From NCBI GenBank assembly GCA_963765385.1, contig CAVXWG010000009.1:81018-145017 (forward strand): a DNA stretch of 64,000 nucleotides. The letters run 5' to 3'. Shown here piece by piece: positions 38,491 to 47,573 of the stretch. The notes under the pieces were generated by a model, which searched no databases, had not been told where the DNA came from, and saw only the letters and a program-made list of their open reading frames with translations. The translations under genes and the position numbers were made by a program. The stretch is from an uncultured Alphaproteobacteria bacterium (lineage in GTDB: Bacteria > Pseudomonadota > Alphaproteobacteria > Reyranellales > Reyranellaceae). Position 1 is the stretch's first letter. Each line of letters begins with the position of its first letter.

Positions 38491-38694
38491 GGGACCTGCT
38501 CCAGTCAGGCGGTGTCGGGTACGGGGCGTGGGTACAAGGGCGGGAGGTCCACAAGCTCATCGAGCTTTTCGAGCCTCGCCGCACCTCTATTTTGGCGGTG
38601 ATTGTGTCGGGCGTGAGACGTCGACAACCCGCTCAGGGTCTGCACTGAGGCGATGCCAGCCACCGAAGCGCCACAGTGCCGGCCGCGTCGCCCC

Positions 38695-39753
38695 TTAGAT
38701 CCCGAACACCCGCAACCCGTAGATCAGGCCGACCACCAAGAGGCCGATGAAGACGGTTTGCGTGACCAGCAGCATCACCGGGGCGATGCCGATGCGCGCC
38801 ATTGCCAGCAGGGAGGTCTTCATGCCGAGCGCGGCGATGGCGGTGATGATCAGGAACGAGGAGACCTGGGCCACTGCGCCCTTCACGTCCGGTGGCACGA
38901 CGCCCATCGAATTGAGCGCCGCCAGGGCGAGGAACCCGAACAGGAACACCGGCGGCGCCGGCCGCGCCTCGCCCGCCGATTGGCCGCCTCTTGCCACCCA
39001 CCAGGCGATGCCGGCGACGGCCGGCAGCAGGAAGGCCACGCGCAGCAGCTTGGTGATGATGGCGTCGGCCAGCACCTGCGGCCCCATCGTCTGGCCGGCG
39101 CCCGCGACCTGGGCCACGTCATGGATGGCGCCGCCCAGAAACACGCCCATCTCGAACAGCGAGAAGCCCAATATGTCGTGCAGGGCGGGATAGATCACCA
39201 TCACCACGGTGCTGATGAAGTTCACGCCCATGACCGCGAAGGCGAGATCGCGGTCGGAATGCTCGTGCTTGGGCAGCACTGCGGAGGCAGCCATTGCGGC
39301 CGCGGCACCGCACACGCCGGTCGCACAGCCGGTCAAAAGGCCGAAATTGCGCGACAGGCCGAACAGGCGCGCCGCCCAGGCGCCGAAGGTGATGGTGCAG
39401 GCGACCGCGGCGAGGGCGATCAGCACGGGCAGCGCGCCGCTGTCGATGAGCTGGCCCAGGGTCAGGCGCGCGCCAAACAGGGCGACGCCGACCCGCAGCA
39501 GGGTGCGGCCGGCGAATTCGAGCCCGGGTTTCAGCGCCGGCCTGGCCGACAGGGGTTGCAGCGCCATGCCGATGACCAGGGTCAGGATCAGCGGCGGCAC
39601 CCAGACGACGCCGAATTTCAGCATGTTGCGCGTGTCGGCGATGAAGGCCACGGCGGCGATGACCGCGCACAGCGCGACCCCGGGCGCCACCCGACGCAGA
39701 TTGTCGGGCGCCCACAGGCGGACCAAGTCGACGGCGATCGCGCTGCTACGCAT
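38695..39753 (-). CDS. YeiH / putative sulfate exporter family membrane protein
   Basis: LLRVGVALFG, GVCGAAAA, GGAIHDVAQV, KLLRV, AALGMKT. Confidence 0.9.
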   Translation of the reverse strand: MRSSAIAVDLVRLWAPDNLRRVAPGVALCAVIAAVAFIADTRNMLKFGVVWVPPLILTLVIGMALQPLSARPALKPGLEFAGRTLLRVGVALFGARLTLGQLIDSGALPVLIALAAVACTITFGAWAARLFGLSRNFGLLTGCATGVCGAAAAMAASAVLPKHEHSDRDLAFAVMGVNFISTVVMVIYPALHDILGFSLFEMGVFLGGAIHDVAQVAGAGQTMGPQVLADAIITKLLRVAFLLPAVAGIAWWVARGGQSAGEARPAPPVFLFGFLALAALNSMGVVPPDVKGAVAQVSSFLIITAIAALGMKTSLLAMARIGIAPVMLLVTQTVFIGLLVVGLIYGLRVFGI

Positions 39754-39967
39754 CAAGAATGGCGACCAGTTGACCTTCGCCGATGGCTTCGCCTTCGCTC
39801 ACCTTGATCTCCTTGATAACGCCCGCCTTGGGCGAAAGCACGGGGATTTCCATCTTCATCGATTCGAGGATCATGATCTCGCCCTCAGCCTCGATCCGGT
39901 CACCGGGCTTGGTCTGGATCTTCCAGACGTTGCCGGCGATCTCGGACTTCACGTTGACGACGGCCAT
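39746..39967 (-). CDS. Stand-alone biotin carboxyl carrier protein
   Basis: ILESMKMEIPV biotinylation motif, 73 aa. Confidence 0.92.
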   Translation of the reverse strand: MAVVNVKSEIAGNVWKIQTKPGDRIEAEGEIMILESMKMEIPVLSPKAGVIKEIKVSEGEAIGEGQLVAILDA

Positions 39968-39991
39968 GCCCTGGTTTCTCCCCGGTGTTGC

Positions 39992-40801
39992 TCACCCGGC
40001 TTTTTCGGCCACGCGGCGCGCCAACGCAAGGGCCGAGCCGCCCACCTTGCCGCCGAGCCGGTATGCGGCTTCGTTCACGGCGGAAAGCACACCCCGTGTG
40101 AGAGTCGAACGCCCATCGCCGATCTTTGCCGACAGCGCCGCCACGGTGGCGCCGGCAACGCCGGCCTTTTCGAGAATGAGCAGGCCGGCAACGCCCGCCC
40201 GATCGGCGCCGAAGCCTGCGTCGTTGTAGAGCACCAGGGCGGGCCGTACGGGCGCGACAACCTGACCCGACGCTTCGGCTCCATGGCTGCCGGTAGCCAC
40301 GACCTGGTCGCGGTCCTCGGCCCGGATCATCGTGGCCGAATCGATGCAGACGATTATCCGTTGGCCGGGTTTGGCTTCGAATACCGATCGGCCACTGGCG
40401 TCGGCTCTGGCCGGCGGCGCGCGGTGTGGCCAGGGCGCTGCCTTGAGCCGCTCTGCGGCTTCGGCGCAGCTCTGGCCGGGCGCCACGCCGCAGGCGGCGG
40501 CCAGCGCATTGGCGCGGCTCACGATGCCGCGGCGCATCATGTCCTCGGCTTCTCCGATGCGCGCACTGGCCGAATCGACCGCAGCCATCGCCATGCCGAG
40601 TTCCTGCGCCAAGGCGAGACCCGCGACGCCCGCCTCCTCGAAGCCGATTCCGGCATCGTGATGGATGGCGGCGCGCGCGCCGGCCGTGGCGACGACGTGG
40701 GCGGCAAAAGCGGCGGCGTGGGAGCCGCCGACGATGACGGCGCCGTCCGCTTCGGGCGGCAGCTTGGTCACGCTGGGCACGACAAGGATGGCGACGGTCA
40801 T
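39992..40801 (-). CDS. Hypothetical protein made of two tandem homologous domains
   Basis: GSH..DAGxG..AGVAGL..SAxIG..G occurs twice. Confidence 0.8.
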   Translation of the reverse strand: MTVAILVVPSVTKLPPEADGAVIVGGSHAAAFAAHVVATAGARAAIHHDAGIGFEEAGVAGLALAQELGMAMAAVDSASARIGEAEDMMRRGIVSRANALAAACGVAPGQSCAEAAERLKAAPWPHRAPPARADASGRSVFEAKPGQRIIVCIDSATMIRAEDRDQVVATGSHGAEASGQVVAPVRPALVLYNDAGFGADRAGVAGLLILEKAGVAGATVAALSAKIGDGRSTLTRGVLSAVNEAAYRLGGKVGGSALALARRVAEKAG

Positions 40802-40839
40802 GGCGACATCCTATCGCCAATGCGCCTATAAGTCCGCGC

Positions 40840-41451
40840 ATGACCGAACCGGCGAGCGAACCCACGATCGACAACAAGGTCGCGGTCCTGATCCTGCAGC
40901 ATCCGCAAGAGCAGGATCACGTGCTGGGAACGGCCGGGCTGCTGCGCCAGACGCTGGCCCACGCCAAGCTTTCGGTCGGCCTGTCGTGGCGCAATCTGGG
41001 CCACGCGCTGGGCGAGCCCGGCGAGGCGAAGGATTGGGGCGTGTTGTACCTCGGATCGGCGCATGCCGCCGGCAAGGGGCCGCTGGTCGCACTCAGCCAA
41101 AAGGGCGAACCGCTGGCCGACCAGCACAGCCCGCGGCGCGGCCTGCGGGGCATCGTGGTGCTGGACGGCAACTGGGCGCAGGCCAAGGCCCTGTGGTGGC
41201 GCAATGCCTGGCTGACCCGGCTCCGCCGCTTCGTCGTGGTGCCCGACGGGCCCTCGCTTTATGGCACGCTGCGCAAGGAGGCGCGGCCCGACGCGGTCTC
41301 GACCCTCGAGGCCGTGGCCCTTGCCTTGTCGGTGCTCGAGAGCGATCCGGCGCTGCGGGAAAAACTCCTGGCGCCGTTCCGCGCGCTGATTGCCGAGGCG
41401 CGCAGCGCGGGAGTCCGGGACGTCAAACGGGATCGTCGCAAGCGCCGTTAG
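40840..41451 (+). CDS. DTW domain protein (tRNA-uridine aminocarboxypropyltransferase-like)
   Basis: LILQHPQE, VVLDGNWAQAK, LRKE, STLEA. Confidence 0.88.
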   Translation: MTEPASEPTIDNKVAVLILQHPQEQDHVLGTAGLLRQTLAHAKLSVGLSWRNLGHALGEPGEAKDWGVLYLGSAHAAGKGPLVALSQKGEPLADQHSPRRGLRGIVVLDGNWAQAKALWWRNAWLTRLRRFVVVPDGPSLYGTLRKEARPDAVSTLEAVALALSVLESDPALREKLLAPFRALIAEARSAGVRDVKRDRRKRR

Positions 41452-41467
41452 CCCCTATAATCGCGCC

Positions 41468-43614
41468 ATGCTGGACCAGCCGCAGATTGCCGTCGCCCAA
41501 CGGACGAACCCCGAGCGCTCCTTCAGCGAGGAGGTGCGTTCGCTCCGGCTGGGCAATGGCGAGGTCTTCCGCGGCGAGGGCATCCTCGCGGTCACCAAGG
41601 CCATCCTGCAGTCGGGCGTCGCCTATGTCGGCGGCTACCAGGGCGCGCCGGTCTCGCATCTGGTCGATGTGCTGGTCGAATTGCAGGACCTCCTGGACGA
41701 GTTGGGCGTCCACCTCGAGACCTGCACCAACGAGGCCTCGGCGGCAGCGCTGCTGGGCGCGTCGATCAACTATCCGATCCGCGGCTGCGTCACCTGGAAA
41801 TCCATCGTCGGCACCAACGTGGCTGCCGATGCGCTCAGCAACCTCGCTTCTCCGGGCGTGATCGGCGGCGCGCTGATCGTGGTCGGCGAGGACTACGGCG
41901 AGGGCGCCTCGGTGATCCAGGAGCGCGCCCACGCCTATGCGCTGAAATCCACGGTGTGGCTGATGGACCCCCGGCCGTCGCTGCCGACCATCGTGCACTG
42001 CACGGAAAAGGCATTCGAGCTCTCTGAAGCCACCAACACGCCGGTGATGATGGAGCTGCGCATCCGCGCCTGCCACGTCACTGGCGAGTTTGTCGCCAAG
42101 GACAACCAGCCGCCGGCGATCTCGCGCAACCATCGCCTCGCCCATCCCGCTGCGCACAACTACGACCGCATCTCGCATCCGCCGTCGACCTATGCGCACG
42201 AGAAGATCAAGGTCGAGGTCCGCCAGCCCGCGGCCGCAGCGCTTCATCGTCGAGCAGGGGCTGAACGAATTCCTGCCGGGCGAGCGCACCGACCTCGGCA
42301 TCATCGTGCAGGGCGGCATCACCAACGTGCTGGTCCGCGGTCTCGACCGGTTGGAAATCGACGGCAAGATCCCGACCCTGGTGCTGAACGTGACGCACCC
42401 GCTGGTGCCCGACCAGATCGCCGATTTCTGCAAGGGCAAGCGCGCCGTGCTGATCGTCGAAGAGGGCGCGCCCGACTATATCGAGCAGGCGATCCACGCC
42501 ATCCTGCGCAAGCGCGACATCGACACCAAACTCTACGGCAAGGACGTGCTGCCGATGGCGGGCGAGTACACCGCCGAGGTGGTGACCGAGGGCCTGCTGA
42601 AGTTCTTCGCCCAGTCGGCCAACGACATCGATCTCGCCAAGCCGCGCGAGCGCTTCGAGGCGGCGCGCGCCGGACGTGCCGAGGCGCAGCGCCTGCTGGG
42701 CGGCCCGCTGCCGCTGCAGGCCGCCGGGTTTCTGCGTCGGCTGCCCCGAGCGGCCGGTCTTCTCCGCGATCAAGCTTCTCGAGCGCGAGGTCGGCAAGGT
42801 CCACATCTCGAGCGACATCGGCTGTCATTCCTTCGCGACCTTGGCGCCGTTCAACCTCGGCAATTCGATCCTGGGCTTCGGCATGTCGCTGGCGGCCGCC
42901 GGCGCGGTGGCGCCGGTGATGCAGAAGCGCACCATCTCGGTGATGGGCGACGGCGGCTTCTGGCACAACGGGCTCCTGAGCGGCGTCGCCTCGGCGATGT
43001 TCAATCGCGGCGATCGCGTGCTGGTCATCATGCAGAACGGCTACACGTCGGCCACCGGCGCGCAGTTCATTCCCAACACGGCGGGCAACAGGCGCGACGG
43101 CGAGACGACATCGGATATCGCAGCGACCCTCAAGGCCATGGGCGTGAAATGGCTGCGCACCATCCGCACCTACAATGTCGGCACCATGCTCACGACGCTG
43201 CGCGAGGCGATGAGCACCGACGACAAGGGCCTGAAGGTGATCGTCGCCGACGGCGAGTGCCAGCTCGCCCGCCAGCGCCGCATCCGCCCGCAGATCGCCG
43301 CCCAGCTGAAGCGCGGCGAGCGCGTGGTGCGCACGCGCTTCGGCGTCGACGACGAGGTCTGCACCGGCGATCATTCCTGCATCCGCCTGTCGGGCTGCCC
43401 GTCGCTGGTGGTGAAGCCCAGCCCCGACCCGCTGCGCTCCGACCCGGTGGCGCACGTCAACAACGGTTGCGTCGGCTGCGGCCTGTGCGGCGAGGTCGCC
43501 GATGCCGCCGTGCTCTGCCCGTCATTCTACAAGGCCGACATCGTGCAGAACGCCACCTGGTGGGACCGGCTGAAGTGGAAGATGCGGACGGCGGTCATCG
43601 GGGCGATGGCGTGA
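41468..43614 (+). CDS. iorA: Indolepyruvate ferredoxin oxidoreductase subunit alpha; two frameshifts (near 42238 and 42717)
   Basis: GGYQGAPVS, KSIVGTNVAADAL, PPGFCVGCPERP, DIGCH, MGDGGFWHNG TPP motif, C-terminal CxxCxxC ferredoxin motifs. Confidence 0.88.
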
Positions 43615-43626
43615 GGTCACTCATGC

Positions 43627-43685
43627 GGAGCGCGGACCTCCAGGTCCGCTTCATGATTCTGAGCGGACCTGGAGGTCCGCGCTCC
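43627..43685. repeat. REP-like hairpin, family D
   Basis: GGAGCGCGGACCTCCAGGTCCGC...GCGGACCTGGAGGTCCGCGCTCC. Confidence 0.85.
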
Positions 43686-43686
43686 A

Positions 43687-43718
43687 AAGACGCGCGACTC
43701 GAGTCTCGCGCGCCCAGC
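43687..43718 (+). repeat. Short palindrome, family E
   Basis: AAGACGCGCGACTCGAGTCTCGCGCGCCCAG; related inverted copy at 51970-52000. Confidence 0.55.
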
Positions 43719-43720
43719 GC

Positions 43721-45223
43721 ATGAAACCCGTCACCATCCTGATCGGCGCATTGGGCGGCGACGGCGGCGGGGTGCTGTGCGACTGGATTGTCACCGCCGC
43801 GCAAAGCCAGGGGCTGGGCGTGCAGGCGACACAGATCCCCGGCGTCGCCCAGCGCACCGGCGCCACGACCTACTATCTCGAAGTGATGCCGACGCCGGTG
43901 CCGATGGCGTCGGTGCTGGCGCTTAACCCGGCAATCGGCGAGGTCGACGTGGCGCTGGCGACCGAGCTCCTCGAAGCCGGCCGCATGATCTTCAACGGCT
44001 TCGTCACCCCCGACCGCACGACCCTGATCGCCTCGACGCACCGCGTGCTGGCCATCGGCGAGCGCGCGGCCATGGGCGACGGCAGCTTCGATGTCGGCCG
44101 GCTGTTGCGCGCCGTAAAGGAGCGCAGCCGGGAACAGATCCTGTTCGACATGGACCAGGCGGCCGAGGAATCCGGCGGCGTCATCAATGCCGTGCTGCTG
44201 GGCGCGCTGGCGGGCTCGGGCCGCTTGCCGATTCCGGATGCCGCCTTCGAAGCTGCGATCCGTCATGCCGGCAAGTCGGTCGATACCAATCTTGCGGCCT
44301 TCGCCTTCGGCCGCGGCCATGCCCGCGGCGAGCTCGAGCAGGCGGTGCGCGAGCATCGCAAGCGCCAGGCGGCGGCGCAGGGCGTCGAGGACCTGATCGA
44401 GCGCGCGCGTCGTTCCTATCCTGCCGCGGCGCTGGACATCGTCGAGGAGGGCATTCGCCGCCTCCTCACCTATCAGGATCGGCGCTACGTCGTGCTTTAT
44501 CTCGACCGTCTCGATGCCGTGAATGCGCTGGGTTCGTCCGAGCTGTTGCGCGAAACGGCACGGCATCTCGCGGTGCGCATGTCGTTCGAGGACGTGATCC
44601 GCGTTGCCCAGGCCAAGACTTCGGCCGACCGCTTCGCGCGCGTGCGCAGCGAAGTGCGCGCCAAAGAGCACGAACCGCTGGAGATCACCGAGCATTTCAA
44701 GCCTGGCATCGAGGAGATCGCCGCGGTCCTGCCGCCCGGCCTGGCGCGGCGCCTGATCGCCTGGGCGGAGCGCACGGGTCGGCTGGGCAAGCTCTATTTC
44801 TCCATGCATGTGCGCACGACCACTGTCCTGGGCTTTGCCCGCCTGCGCCTGCTGGCCGGCCTGCGCTGGTGGCGGCCGCACACTTTTCGTTATGTCGAGG
44901 AGCAGGCCGAGATCGAGCACTGGCTGGCGCAGATCCGCGCCGCCGCGCCGCTCGGCATCGACCTGGCGCGCGAGATCGCCGAATGCGCGCGTCTGATCAA
45001 GGGCTACGGCGACACTTACAAGCGCGGTCTCGGCAACTATCGCCGCATCACCGACGAGGTGATCGCGCCGGCGCTTGCCGGCAAGCTGGCGCCGCGTGCG
45101 GCGGCCGACGCCGTCGCCAATGCGCGGGTGGCCGCGCTGGCCGACCCCGAAGGCGAGACCCTTTCCCGGACGCTGGCCTCCATCGCCGCGTCGCCTGCCG
45201 TGCTGCGCCATGCCGCTGAGTAG
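43721..45223 (+). CDS. iorB: Indolepyruvate oxidoreductase subunit beta family protein
   Basis: ALGGDGGGVL, PGVAQRTGAT, EDVIRVA, RLIKGYGDT; downstream of iorA. Confidence 0.85.
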   Translation: MKPVTILIGALGGDGGGVLCDWIVTAAQSQGLGVQATQIPGVAQRTGATTYYLEVMPTPVPMASVLALNPAIGEVDVALATELLEAGRMIFNGFVTPDRTTLIASTHRVLAIGERAAMGDGSFDVGRLLRAVKERSREQILFDMDQAAEESGGVINAVLLGALAGSGRLPIPDAAFEAAIRHAGKSVDTNLAAFAFGRGHARGELEQAVREHRKRQAAAQGVEDLIERARRSYPAAALDIVEEGIRRLLTYQDRRYVVLYLDRLDAVNALGSSELLRETARHLAVRMSFEDVIRVAQAKTSADRFARVRSEVRAKEHEPLEITEHFKPGIEEIAAVLPPGLARRLIAWAERTGRLGKLYFSMHVRTTTVLGFARLRLLAGLRWWRPHTFRYVEEQAEIEHWLAQIRAAAPLGIDLAREIAECARLIKGYGDTYKRGLGNYRRITDEVIAPALAGKLAPRAAADAVANARVAALADPEGETLSRTLASIAASPAVLRHAAE

Positions 45224-45629
45224 CCGCCACGAGATCACGGTGGAGTGGGGGGACTGCGACCCTGCCGGCATCGTTTACTACCCGGCGTACTTCCGATGGT
45301 TCGATCAGGCGACCTACAGGCTTTTCCTCGCCGCCGGCGTCAGGCGCGATGACATGACCAGCGGGCAATGGAAGGAAGGCACGCCGTTGGTCGCGGCCGA
45401 ATGCTCCTTTCGCCGGGCCTCGCAGACTGGCGAAAAGCTCGTGATCGAAAGCCACGTCGCGAAGTTCGGCCGCAGTTCGTTCACCGTCCGCCACGTCTTT
45501 CGCGACTCCTCCGGCGAAGTCGCCGCCGAGGGCACCGAGACGCGCATCTGGGCGCGCAAGGACGGCGATGTGAGTTCGTTGAAAGCCGTGCCGATTCCGG
45601 AAGATGTGAAGAAGAAGTTGGGCGGCTAG
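45210..45629 (+). CDS. Acyl-CoA thioesterase (4-hydroxybenzoyl-CoA thioesterase family)
   Basis: VEWGDCDPAGIVYYPAYFRWFD. Confidence 0.9.
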   Translation: MPLSSRHEITVEWGDCDPAGIVYYPAYFRWFDQATYRLFLAAGVRRDDMTSGQWKEGTPLVAAECSFRRASQTGEKLVIESHVAKFGRSSFTVRHVFRDSSGEVAAEGTETRIWARKDGDVSSLKAVPIPEDVKKKLGG

Positions 45630-45655
45630 CAAACTCGAAGCGCCGCACTCTTTTT

Positions 45656-45792
45656 CCTCCCCAGCGAAGCTGGGGAGGTGTCGGCCTCACAGGCCGACGG
45701 AGGGGTCAGGAGCTTTACGTGTGATGCTCATGACCCCTCCGTCGCCGTATGACGGCGACACCTTCCCCTTCGCCGATTCGGCAAAGGGGAGG
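45656..45792. repeat. REPIN/MITE-like element, family A
   Basis: CCTCCCCAGCGAAGCTGGGGAGGTGTC..GGAGGGGTCA ... TGACCCCTCCGTC..GACACCTTCCCCTT..AAGGGGAGG. Confidence 0.82.
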
Positions 45793-45803
45793 AAGAGGGA
45801 CCT

Positions 45804-47399
45804 CTAAGCCGCCGCTTTCAAAATATCCGCCGCCTTCTCGCCCACCATGATCGACGGCGCGTTGGTGTTGCCCGAGGGCATGGTGGGGAAGATCGAGGCG
45901 TCGGCGATGCGCAGGCCCTCGATGCCATGGACCTTGAGCTTGTCGTCGACCACGGTGTTCGGTCCCGGACCCATGCGGCAGGTGCCGATCGGGTGATAGG
46001 CCGTCTGCGAGTTGTTCCGGATATAGCTCAGGATCTCCTCGTCGCTGTCGACGGAGAGGCCGGGCGAGAATTCCTCGCCGCGATAGACGTCCATGGGTGG
46101 CGCATTGACGATCTTCCGCATCATGCGAAAGCCGCCGACCATAGCTTGCTGGTCGATGCTGTCGCCCAGGAAATTGAAGCGGATCGCCGGCTGCGCCTTG
46201 GGATCGGCCGAGCGGATGTGGATCGAGCCCAGGCTCTCGGGCCGGAGCTGGTAGCAGGAGATCGTCATCGACGGGAAGTCCTGGAGCTTGCGCGTCTTGG
46301 GGTCCTTGATCGAATAGGGCACCAGGTGCATCTGCACGTCGGGGGTCGCTAGTTCTGGCCGCGTCCTCAGGAAGGCAAGCAAGGGCGCCGACGGCAGGCT
46401 CATGAAGCCGCCGCCGGTGGCGAGGTACTTCATCATCTGCGTGACGGCGCCCACGCCACGCGCCATGTGGTTGTAGGACACGCGCGCATCCTTCACCTTC
46501 CAGATGATGCGGACGTTGATGTGGTCGCGGAAATTCTCGCCGACGGCCCTGAGCTCGTGCTTCACCTCGATGCCATGCTTCTTCAGCAACTCGGGCTGGC
46601 CGATTCCGGACAGTTCGAGGATCTGCGGGCTGGCGATGCCGCCCGCCGACAGGACAGTCTCGCGCGCGCGGGCCTGCACCGCCTTGCCATCCTTTTCGTA
46701 CTCGACGCCGACGCAGCGCTTGCCCTCGAGCAGGACGCGCAAGGTCATGGCGTTGGTGACGACGTGGAGGTTGGGCGCGCGCTTCATCGCCGGTTCGATG
46801 TAGCAATGGGCGACGCTCATGCGGCGGCCTTTGTAGATCGAGGTCTGCGTCTTGACGACGCCTTCCTGGTCCTCGCTGTTGTAGTCGGGGTTGAGCTTGA
46901 AGCCGGCGGATTTCGCGGCGGCGAACAGCGCGTCGTAGAGCGGGTTCTGGTCGGGCACGGTCGAGACCTTGAGCGGGCCCGCGGTACCACGGCCATTGCT
47001 GCCGTCGCCGTCGACGAAGTTCTCGATGCGGGTGAAGACCGGGGCGACGTCGCGCCAACTCCAGCCGCGGCATCCCATCTGCGCCCAGGTGTCGAAGTCG
47101 AGCGGCTGGCCACGCACCCAGACCAGCCCGTTGATCGAGCTCGATCCGCCCAGGAGCTTGCCGCGCGGCACTGGGATCGTGCGGTTGGCGGTGCCCGGCT
47201 CGGGCTCGGACTGGTAGCACCAGTTGGCCGCCGGATTGTCGATCAGCAGGCCGAAGGAGAGCGGCATGCGGGAGTAGGGGTGGCTTTTGGCGCCGGCCTC
47301 CAGCAGCAGGACCTTGTTGGCAGGGTTTTCGCTTAAGCGAGCCGCCAGCGCGCCGCCGGCCGAGCCGGCGCCCACGATGATGTAGTCGTAATCGGCCAT
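45804..47399 (-). CDS. GMC family oxidoreductase (choline dehydrogenase-like)
   Basis: DYIIVGAGSAG, RGKLLGGSSSING, YHPIGTCRMG, SGNTNAP. Confidence 0.95.
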   Translation of the reverse strand: MADYDYIIVGAGSAGGALAARLSENPANKVLLLEAGAKSHPYSRMPLSFGLLIDNPAANWCYQSEPEPGTANRTIPVPRGKLLGGSSSINGLVWVRGQPLDFDTWAQMGCRGWSWRDVAPVFTRIENFVDGDGSNGRGTAGPLKVSTVPDQNPLYDALFAAAKSAGFKLNPDYNSEDQEGVVKTQTSIYKGRRMSVAHCYIEPAMKRAPNLHVVTNAMTLRVLLEGKRCVGVEYEKDGKAVQARARETVLSAGGIASPQILELSGIGQPELLKKHGIEVKHELRAVGENFRDHINVRIIWKVKDARVSYNHMARGVGAVTQMMKYLATGGGFMSLPSAPLLAFLRTRPELATPDVQMHLVPYSIKDPKTRKLQDFPSMTISCYQLRPESLGSIHIRSADPKAQPAIRFNFLGDSIDQQAMVGGFRMMRKIVNAPPMDVYRGEEFSPGLSVDSDEEILSYIRNNSQTAYHPIGTCRMGPGPNTVVDDKLKVHGIEGLRIADASIFPTMPSGNTNAPSIMVGEKAADILKAAA

Positions 47400-47573
47400 G
47401 GTCCTCGCGCCCTCCCGCTCACGGCGTGTTTATCTTCCATGCAAGCCTAGCGCAGCGCCATGCAGGAAGCAGGGGCAATCTCGTCTCGACAGGCGAGACC
47501 CGTCATGTTCCGATATCGTGCCGTGGTTACCGGGAAGCCCGGCGGCGTCCTGTAGAGTGGGAAGTACAGCCAG

